Assembly: GCA_012295275.1 (NCBI GenBank) | Contig: CM022676.1 | Coordinates: 16,554,001-16,618,000 of the forward strand | Direction: 5' to 3' | Length of the DNA stretch: 64,000 bases | DNA from: Chrysomallon squamiferum | Taxonomy: Eukaryota > Animalia > Mollusca | In this document: one piece after another, positions 13,774 through 25,574 of the stretch | Position numbering within the stretch: position 1 is the stretch's first letter | Layout: each line of letters begins with the position of its first letter | The notes under the pieces: model-generated | The model's database searches: none | What the model was told of the DNA's origin: nothing | The model's input: the letters and a program-made list of their open reading frames with translations, nothing else | Program-made: the position numbers and the translations under genes

Positions 13774-15720
13774 TAATAATAATAAGAAGAAGAAGAAGAA
13801 GAAAAAGAAGAAGAAGAAACAACAACACAAAATAGCGGTAATGATGATGAAGAATCGCATTTCACTGAGGATATTTAAACTATCCTTTCAGTATCAACGC
13901 ATTCTTACAGTAAACATTGTTTGAATCACATAGAAAGTAATAACTTTCTTCTCAAAACTTTGACACTAAAATGAGATGTGTTGAAGATGTTTAGTAAACC
14001 ATGCTCTATAATACTCATTTCACTGTACATATTATTCATTTCTTTTGAAGGTTTAGTGCAACATCATATCAAAGTGCTCACTTTGGACAAGGAACTGGAC
14101 CAATATGGGTTGATGATCTGAGATGTGATGGAGATGAAGACAGTGTTGAAAAGTGTTCATTTCCTGGCTGGGGAAAACACAACTGTGGTCACTGGGAGGA
14201 TGCTGGTATCAGCTGTCAATGTCAGTTTACATTTGACTTTTTATTTCATTGTGTATCAATAACACAATGTTTTAACTTGCTGGCATCAAAATTATAATTC
14301 GTGTGTTTAATGGTGTTGTACTGAAGTGTGTATCTATCTTTATTTGCTTTTAGTAATAACTGAAACCAAAAAAATAATTAATAATATCAGGATTGGAAAA
14401 AGTAGTCAACTGAAAAGCTAGGTTTAAAATAACCTGAATTCACATGAGATATATTAATGTTGCAGTTATTCGGATTTATTAGTTACTTTTCTTGTTTGTT
14501 TGCTTGTTGTTGTTTATTGGTTTCCTTGTTTGACTGTTTGATTATTTGTAATTCATGTAAGACTTAGCATAGGCATCAAAGCTAAACATATACCATTAAG
14601 CTGCTTATAACAGAGGAAACTCATCAGTGAACGTTTACAGATTATTCTTGTTGACTGGCGTATAAATAGGAAAATAAAGTTGGTAAGGGACGAAAGAGCT
14701 TATATGAAATTTTCAGAAGAAATATATTATTAATCAATTACTAAATCGATTTTCTCAAGAAGAAATAAACATGGAGAGTTACTGAAAATAACATCAGAAA
14801 AAACTTAATAATAATAATAATAATAATAATGATAATAATAATAACAATAATAATAATGATAATAATAATAATAGTACTCTTTAATAATTTTAAACACTAG
14901 CCTTCCTTCAGAATGTAATGAAATTTGAAGAAATCCACTATCGTAATGGTATTGTAAAAATAGCATATGTAAACTGGAACGTAAGTTTGGAATTTTATAG
15001 TATTTTGTTTATGTTTTCAGTATGTCTCAGGCTAGTCAATAGTGGAGGTATTTCAACACAGGGTCGAGTTCAGATCAAACTTAACGATATATGTGGCACT
15101 AATAAAGCTAAACTTAAATATTTGACACATTAAAAACTTTTAATTAATGCACTGATAAAGATTAATTGTCTGGTTCTGTTAATCATAATAATTGTCAATT
15201 ATGCATAATATTTATAAAAAAAATAAAATAAAAAACGACTGTTAGTTCTATCAAATAAAAGATCATGTCACTACTTTCTATGCTGATTATACATTAAAGT
15301 AGAAAATACCTAATTTAAAAAGAAAATGAATTATTTCTTCAAACGATTTATACTGTGTGTTCATTCAAGTACTAATAAAGTCAAACTTAAATCTTAGACC
15401 ACTGAATTATCTGATCCTGTTCAACATAACAATTGCCAAATATGTACCGTATTACAATAATAAAAGCAGATTGTTATTTCTGAAAAGAAAATAGCTTTAC
15501 CACTATTTTCTATTCTGACTTTGGATTTGCTAAATTAAAATACTGAAAAAAAGAGAAACATATGTATTTTAAAACGAGATCTTAGACGTAAAGAAGTATC
15601 CAGTGGTGGAAGAAATTAAATATTTTGTAATATGGAATAAACTCATCGGTGTGAATTATTATTTAATTAATTATATATTAACCATGGCTGTGTCAGTTCA
15701 TATTGAAACCTTTCAGTATT

Positions 15721-15796
<76 letters not shown>

Positions 15797-16578
15797 TATT
15801 CTGTTTTCATTAAAATAACTATAATCAAAATCCTTGTTAATCATACAGATGTTCGATGTTGGTATTTATAACAGCGCCAAAGATATGACGGTGTCTGTAT
15901 TATACTTCTTTTTTTTCTTTCTGAATAATTAGCACTATTATAAATGACTGATCATATATAAACCTGTTATTATTTCAGTACCAGTACGGTTAGTGAATGG
16001 AAGAGGAATACCAGCACAAGGACGAGTTGAGATTCAAGTAAACGGGACGTGGGGAACAATCTGTGATGATTATTTTGATGATAAAGATGCTTCTGTTTTA
16101 TGTCACATGTTAGGATTTAGTCGGTAATGTGTTTATTATATTTGTATTTATTTATTTTTGTTGTTTTTATAGACGTAGTAGATTCAAATTTACTCACAAA
16201 CATAAGATAATTAATTGTTCTTCAAATATATTATACACGAAATTCCTCTTGATGGGATGTTCAACATTTTAAATATGTTTGTAAGAAATAATGATAATTG
16301 TAGTAGTTGTAGTATTAGTATAAGTATTAGTAGTAGTAGTAGTAGTAAATGTATATAATGCTTTTGATTATATTTACACTATATTAATGGTATTATTATA
16401 TCAAACATTGTCCATTAATATTGTTGCTAAATAATTTAGAAAATAAATATATTCTTCCGAAAACCTTAGAACTAAATGCACGTCTGTTGAACACTTTTCC
16501 AAAGAATGTTTCATAAAATTTAATTTACTCTACTTTTCTTTCATTGCATTACTCATTTAATAATAATAATAATAATAA

Positions 16579-16609
<31 letters not shown>

Positions 16610-19600
16610 AAGAAGAAGAAGAAGAAACAACAACACAAAATAGCGGTAATGATGATGAAGAATCGCATTTCACTGAAGATATTTAAACTATCCTTTCAGT
16701 ATCAACGCATTCTTACAGTAAACATTGTTGGAATCACATAGAAAGTAATAACTTTCTTCTGAAAACTTTGAGACTAAAATGAGATGTGTTGAAGATATTT
16801 AGTAAACCATGTTGTATAATACTCATTTCACTGTACATATTATTCATTTCTTTTGAAGTTTTAATGCAACATCATATCAAAGTGCTTACTTTGGAGATGG
16901 AACTGGACCAATATGGCTTGATGATCTGAGATGTGATGGAGATGAAGACAGTGTTGAAAAGTGTTCATTTCCTGGCTGGGGAAAACACAACTGTTATCAT
17001 TGGGAGGATGCTGGTATCAGCTGTCATTGTCAGTTTTCATTTGACATTTTATTTTACTTTATATTATTTAATTTGACTGTTTCTCAGCTACAAAACGGGA
17101 TGCATGTTGTCCAAAAGATTATATTTAAACATTTAATTTTGTAATCATCAGCTTCTCTCCAAATAGCTTAACTTTTTTCATCCACATGTTTTATCACCAT
17201 CTTACATTCTGTCTTTAAATTGGTATTCGGATGGGAATCCTTACACTCAAATGTCATTATCCGTTGGAAGTCTCTAGTAGCAATTGGATACATTGCGTTA
17301 TATGATTCAAAATTTTCTTTACTTATGACTATATTTAGTTTTTATTAATTAATTCATGAATTTGTATTTCCATTTATTTTTATTTTCTGTATGTATTATA
17401 TAACGGCTGGACATACTGCAGAGCTGTATGAAATTCCATCTCTTCATATGAAAAATCTGATTTGCTTAAAAGCTATATTCAAATGCATTAAACCCGCAGC
17501 AAATATCAAATTAAATAGTTTTTTTTTTTTTTTTCTAACTTTACTTGAAATAAGAATTATTGTTTTTATTCACTTGTTTTTTTTCTTCTGACCATAATAA
17601 ATTAATACTCTGAGACCATATCTTTCATTTGCAGTTATAATGATACTGTTTATTTATTTATGTATTTGTAGATGGAGCCCTTTCTGTTACTTTCATTCCT
17701 TCAGCTCCAGGAAACATTGTTGAAGGAGAGACTCTAAATGTGTCCTGTGTTGCTAATTGTGACTCATCTTGTGTCTACACGTGGAGAAGTGAAGATCGGT
17801 ATTTGGTCAGAAGCTCTCAGTTAACTGTTGGTCATGTGAGCAGAAATCAGACAGGAAAAACATTTACATGTACAACAAGTTATAATAGACTTTCAGGAAG
17901 TAACGAGTTCCAGCTTAGAGTTCTGTGTAAGTTGCAGATTCACAGATAAACTTACAACTATAAATACAAAGATGCTATAAATAAATAAATAAATAAACAT
18001 CATATCTCAGGTTTACATTTCTAACTCGTCTCGCCAAAATATGTGTTAAATAAAAGCATATTAATAAAATATACAAATATTTTAAAATAAAATCCAATGG
18101 TGTCTTCAGATTTTTCGCTTACGTATTTTACCTTTTTTAAACTATATTTGAAACAAAAACTCAACATTTTTTAAATCAAAACAAATATTATGCATTCATT
18201 ATGCAGAGTTTTAAAAAAATAAACATTTACCATTTCTTTTCCGCTGTAATAGGCATACACTTCCACAGCAGTAATATCTCATCTGTATTAAGAATTTATC
18301 CTTCACAATCATTTCTTTTTTAGTCATAATTAAATTATATTAAAGTTTTTCTTTATCTTGGATTCGAATTCAACACCATGAAATCGACTTCTTCGAAAGT
18401 TCATTTTTTTTCTGACTTTTAAAATATCTTTTCACAGTTTACTTGAACCGTAATAAGATAAATTTTTGCAGGTCAAAAGTCAGTCACTTCACATTTAGTA
18501 AATAGTTTTCTATCATTGCAGACCAAACTTCTATTACATCTTTGACGTTAAACTCAAATTCTACAAAGATAACAGTTGATGAGCTGACTCCCATAACTCT
18601 GAGATGTGAAGTTGACAGTGATCCAGCATCTCACATCAAACTGTTAAACAACTCACACATTCTACGTGAAGTGAACAACTCCAAGTCAGTGGAGTACAGC
18701 TGGAATGAAGCTGGATGTCTGGATACAGGATTTTACACTTGTGAAGCAGGAAACAACGTCAAGTCTGATGTCAGTCAAAGCGTCCAGCTTGTTGTTAAAT
18801 GTAACTGTTATTTTTTGCACACATTAGAATATCAGTAATCGTAAAATAAGCAACTTACATACACTGGTATATAAGTATATACACAGACACACATACAGAC
18901 ACACATACATAGACACGCTCAGACACACAAACATAAACTAACGCAATCATTTTATTTCTTCTAATACAAGGTCCACCGAGGATTCCTTCCAATGTGAACA
19001 TAAAGAGAATCAGCTCTTCTGCCATCTCAGTGTCTTGGACAGAGGAATTTAACGGCGGCTTCGTGCAAACATTCATAGTACAGTACAGAGAAAACACCTC
19101 AACACACTGGAACAACGTCACAGAGAAATTTTTAGAAACTGGTTTACACAGAACGCATAGAACAGTGATAGAATTTCTGAAAACAAACACAAAGTATCTT
19201 GTGAGGATTTTGGCTTATAACAAATACGGAAATAAAGGTTTTACAGATGAGAGAGATATTTTGATGACAGGTACGTGTATTAATAAGGAGGTGACATACA
19301 TGTCTGTACAGTGTCATTTTGTTTGATTCCAGTCTCATGGGGAATGAAAAATAGTTATATAGTTTATTTTACCATCATCAGTTTAGAAATCGACAGTTAT
19401 GTTGTGTTATCTTGTACAACTGAAAACAAATTTATTACATAGATAAATCATAGGCAGTGCTAATAAAAGGGTGTTAACGATCGTATCTTGTGTTCAGCGT
19501 TTCTTTATAGGCACAACTCAAACAAAACAAAACTGCAATTTCATTAGCATGATTCTTTAATCACACATTTGAAAAACCACATTAAAATCAGAAATTGAAA

Positions 19601-22600
19601 TAAATTACAGGTTTCCTTTTCCATATTAGAGTTGCTTGTCCAGCAACTTTCAGACACAGTAAATCCCTGACCAATACTAAATTTAGTCATCATATTTAAA
19701 CAAAATTCTGCTCTATAAAACAATTATTTTTACTATTTTTAATCACATATCGTGTTTCTATTCATAAGGCATTAAAACTAAATTCACTTATGAAGGTGCA
19801 TTAATATATGTGTTGCACTGATTCGTACATTTATCGTTCAAACAGAAACTAAAAGATTCATCCTAATGTTTCTAAATGAACATTTCGTTTCCTGTTACAA
19901 AGATGCACAATATTTCTTTCCTTCGTTCTTTCTTTCCCTTTTTATTCATAGATATATTCATTCATTCATTTACTAATTGATTCATTTGTAGATGGACCCA
20001 TTTCTGTTAGATTTAGTCCTTTAGCTCCAGGAAACATTGTTGAAGGAGAGACTCTAAATGTGTCCTGTGTTGCTAATTGTGACCCATCGTGTGTCTACAC
20101 GTGGAGAAGAGAAGATCGGTATTTGGTCAACAGCTCTCAGTTAACTGTTGGTCCTGTGAGCAGAAATCAGACAGGACAAACATTTACATGTACAGCAAGT
20201 AGTTCTGGACTTTCAGGAAGTAACCAGTTCCAGCTTAGAGTTCTTTGTAAGTCGACATTCACAGATGATCTTACAACTTTAAATACAAAAATTATATTTC
20301 AAAAAGAGTAGAAAAAAATAAAAGAAATACTGAGAAAAAGAAATTTGTACTTTAGTTTACACAGTTTATGAATTCTGTGCTATTTCTCATTCGCACTGAA
20401 ACAGTTATTCAAGCTTTTCAACTTTATAACGTTTTGACAGGCATGCATTTCCAAATCAGTAATGTTTCATCTATAATAAGGATAGGTTACTCACAATAAT
20501 CTTTTTTTTTTCTTATCATATTGTAAATTATATTGTAGCGTTTCTTTATTCTGGACTCAAGTTGTAACATTATTCAGTCAAGAACTTAGATGTCTCTTAA
20601 TGAGTATAAACGAGTGACAACTGTGTGTAGAATATATTTGAACTCCCTCTTTACTGTTCGGTTCATACATGTAGGTGCTTTCATGTTTTCTTTTTGAATG
20701 TTCATAATTTGGTCTTTTTTTATTATTATTTTTTGTTTTCAAAATTTCTGCTTGTTCTGTGATAAGCGAAATTCTTGTCATCCTCAGTAGAAAGCTTCAG
20801 AGTCTACTGGAGAAAGATATCAGAGTAGATAGTGAGGCAGATGTTATGACACTGTTACCTATCGTATTAACAGTACTTGTGTGAAAGACAAACAAAAATT
20901 ATATATAAATATCTTTCCTACATTAAATCAATATAAATAATATTTTCCGTTGCTCACGTTTTTTCCTTGTTAATTCCAATTTCCTAGTAAATGAAAATGA
21001 AAGTTAAAACATTGTAGACAATGTCGTTATCTGCAAAACAAACACACTTACATAACTGTTTTTAGAGTAAAACGACTGCCGCTTTCTGGAGCATTTATCA
21101 CTCCTGAACCTCTAATTACTAGTTTTTGACTGGTTTCATCTTGCACCTCAATTATCGTTGATGTCACATGTAGTACATTTATTCTATCATTGCAGACCGA
21201 ACTTCTATCACATCTTTGACGTTGAACTCGAAGTCTACAAAGATAACAGTTGATGAGCTGACCTCTATGACTCTCAGATGTGAAGTTGACAGTAATCCAG
21301 CATCTCACATCAAACTATTAAACAATTCACACCTTCTACGTGAAGTGAACAACTCCAAGTCAGTGGAGTACAGCTGGAATGAAGCTGGATGTCTGGATAC
21401 AGGATTTTACACTTGTGAAGCAGGAAACAACGTCAAGTCTGATGTCAGTCAAAGCGTCCAGCTTATTGTTAAATGTAACTACTATTTTTTACACACATTA
21501 GAATATCAGTAATCGTAAAATAGGCAACTTACATACACTGGTATATAAGTATCTACACAAACACACATGCAGACACACATACACAGACAAGTTCAGACAT
21601 ACAAACATACACTAGCGCAATATTTGTTATTTCTTCTAATATGGTCAGGTTTGTCAACGTTAATTACCCTGTCATTTTCCTACAAGGTACACCCAGCCTT
21701 CCTTCCAATGTGAACATAAAGAGAATCAGCTCTTCTGCCGTCTCAGTGTCTTGGACAGAGGAATTTAACGGCGGCTTCGTGCAAACATTCATAGTACAGT
21801 ACAGAGAAAGCACGTCAACACAGTGGAAGAACGTCACAGAGAAATTTTTAGAAACTGGTCTGCACAGAACGCATAGAACAGTGATAGAATTTCTGAAAAC
21901 AAACACGAAGTATCTTGTGAGGATTTTGGCTTATAACAAATACGGAAATAAAGGTTTTACAGATGAGAGAGATATTTTGATGACAGGTACGTGTATTAAT
22001 AAGGAGGTGACATACATGTCTGTACAGTGTCATTTTGTTTGATTCCAGTCTCATGGGGAATGAAAAATAGTTATATAGTTTATTTTATCATCATCATTTT
22101 TAGAAATCGACAATTATGTTGTGTTATCTTGTACAACTGAAAACAAATTTATTACATAGATAAATAATAGGCAGTGCTAATAAAAGGGTGTTAACGATCG
22201 TATCTTGTGTTCAGCGTTTCTTTATAGGCACAACTCAAACAAAACAAAACTGCAATTTCATTAGCATGGTTCTTTAATCACACATTTCAAAAACTACATT
22301 AAAATCAGAAATTGAAATAAATTACAGGTTTCCTTTTCCATATTAGAGTTGCTTGTCCAGCAACTTTCAGACACACTAAATCCCTGACCAATACTAAATT
22401 TAGTCATCATATTTAAACAAAATTCTGCTCTATAAAACAATTATTTTTACTATTTTTAATCACATATCTTGCTTCCATTCATAAGGCTTTAAAACTAAAA
22501 TTCACTTATGACGGTCCATTAATATATGTGTTGGACTCCTTCGTAAATTTACCGTTTAAACAGAAACTAAAAGATTCATCCTAATGTTTATAAATGTACA

Positions 22601-24626
22601 TTTCTTTTCCTGTTACAAAGATGAACAATATTTCTTTCCTTCTTTCCCTTTTTGTTCATATATATATATATATATATATATACATCCATTCATTCATTTA
22701 CTAATTTATCTATTTGTAGATCGAGTCCTTTCTGTTACATTCAGTCCTTCAGCTCCAGGAAACATTGTTGAAGGAGAGACTCTAAATGTGTCCTGTGTTG
22801 CTAATTGTGACTCATCTTGTGTCTACACGTGGAGAAGTGAAGATCGGTATTTGATCAACAGCTCTCAGTTAACTGTTGGTCCTGTGAGCAGAAATCAGAC
22901 AGGAAAAACATTTACATGTACAACAAGTTATAATAGACTTTCAGGAAGTAACGAGTTCCAGCTTAGAGTTCTGTGTAAGTTGCAGATTCACAGATAAACT
23001 TACAACTATAAATACAAAGATGCTATAAATAAATAAATAAATAAACATCATATCTCAGGTTTACATTTCTAACTCGTCTCGCCAAAATATGTGTTAAATA
23101 AAAGCATATTAATAAAATATACAAATATTTTAAAATAAAATCCAATGGTGTCTTCAGATTTTTCGCTTACGTATTTTACCTTTTTTAAACTATATTTGAA
23201 ATAAAAACTCAACATTTTTTAAATCAAAACAAATATTATGCATTCATTATGCAGAGTTTTAAAAAAATAAACATTTACCATTTCTTTTCCGCTGTAATAG
23301 GCATACACTTCCACAGCAGTAGTATCTCATCTGTATTAAGAATTTATCCTTCACAATCATTTCTTTTTTAGTCATAATTAAATTATATTAAGGTTTTTCT
23401 TTATCTTGGATTCGAATTCAACACCATGAAATTGACTTTTTCGAAAGTTCATTATTTTTTTCTGATTTTTAAAATATCTTTTCACAGTTTACTTGTACCG
23501 TAATAAGATACATTTTTGCAGGTCATAAGTCAGTGACTTCACATTTAGTAAATAGTTTTGTGTTATTGCAGACCAAACTTCTATTACATATTTGAGGTTG
23601 AACTCAAATTCTACACAGATAACAGTTGATGAGCTCACTCCCATAACTCTGAGATGTGAAGTTGACAGTGATCCAGCATCTCACATCAAACTGTTAAACA
23701 ACTCACACATTCTACGTGAAGTGAACAACTCCAAGTCAGTGGAGTACAGCTGGAATGAAACTGGATGTCTGGATACAGGATTTTACACTTGTGAAGCAGG
23801 AAACAACGTCAAGTCTGATGTCAGTCAAAGCGTCCAGCTTATTGTTAAATGTAACTGCTATTTTTTGCACACATTAGAATATCAGTAATCGTAAAATAAG
23901 CAACTTACATACACTGGTATATAAATATATACACAAACACACATACAGACACACATACATAGACACGCTCAGACACACAAACATAAACTAGCGCAATCAT
24001 TTTATTTCTTCTAATACAAGGTCCACCGAGGATTCCTTCCAATGTGAACATAAAGAGAATCAGCTCTTCTGCCATCTCAGTGTCTTGGACGGAGGAATTT
24101 AACGGCGGCTTCGTGCAAACATTCATAGTACAGTACAGAGAAAACACCTCAACACACTGGATCAACGTCACAGAGAAATTTCTAGAACTTGGTCTGCATA
24201 CAACACATACAACAGTGATAGCATCTCTGAAACCAGACACGAAGTATCTTGTGAGAATTTTGGCTTATAACAAATACGGAGATAAAGGTTTTACTGTTGA
24301 GAGAGCTATTTTGATGACAGGTGCGTATATTAATAATGAGGTAAAATACAGTTAAATAGAGTTATGTATGATATGATTTGATTTGTTTTCTACCTTTATA
24401 ACAGTGGAAAACTTTAGGTGGTTTATTTTGCTAAAATCATTAATTATTTATTTCTACTTGCACATTTGAAAACAAATTGTGCACGTCGCATTGTCTACAA
24501 GTACTCGTTAGTAACATTTATAATGTGCTTGTTGTTTTTCCTATACAGGTAAATATTACATAGCTTTATTTGTTTGTAATACGTATTTATCTGAAAGCTC
24601 AATTTTATGTTGTTTTTTTGTTTTGG

Positions 24627-24683
<57 letters not shown>

Positions 24684-25495
24684 TATTATTATTATCATTA
24701 TTATTATTATTATTATTATCATTATTATTATTATTTTGCATCCATATTGTTTTAGCTTGAATTTGAACATTTGAAAACAAATTGTACACTTGATATTGGA
24801 TATAAATTATCTTTATAACAATAATGATGATCTTCTTGTATTTATGTTTTGCTTTACTAGCTTTTACCACGACTATATTTAAAATATTATATTATATTTA
24901 GTATGACATTTAAAATGTATTTAGTTGCCTTAGGATATCAAATTAAAATCAATTAGACTTCAAATGATGTAGTCATAACAAAATTCATTAATAGTCTTAC
25001 ATTTCATTTACTTAGAATTGGTTTCTTTTCATTTTCACATTTATTTCCTTACGTCTGTCGTATTTTAAACCTTTATTTCAATATATTTTCTGTATAACTT
25101 TATGCTATACTTGATACATATTTCAAACACTACTAGTTTGTATGACATATGTGTATTCAAATGAACACTTGTTGTTTCAGATGACGTGTCTAATGAAAAT
25201 TTGATAGCAGTGGCTGCTGGATCTGTATCAGCGATATTCGTTTTAACTCTTTTTGTTGTCGCTATTGTCTTCATGTGCCGTAGACTGAGAAGAGGTTCGT
25301 ACTGTTTATTTTTGTTTTATTTTCAAATTACAAATGTGTGTCGTAGTGATTGTTCCTCTCTGTGTGTATATGTGTGACAGAGTGATAAGTCGGAAAATGA
25401 GTATTAGTTAAACAATTTGAGATAAATAGAAAATATATGCAATTTCATCATCATCAGCATCAATCTCATTATCCTCCTCCTCCTCCTCCTCATCA

Positions 25496-25574
<79 letters not shown>

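Noticed and set aside
24495-24870. Poly-I/N/Y ORFs here and at 10817, 12774, 13706, 41030, 41429, 45882, 47087
   Set aside because: Translations of (ATT)n, (GAA)n and similar microsatellites
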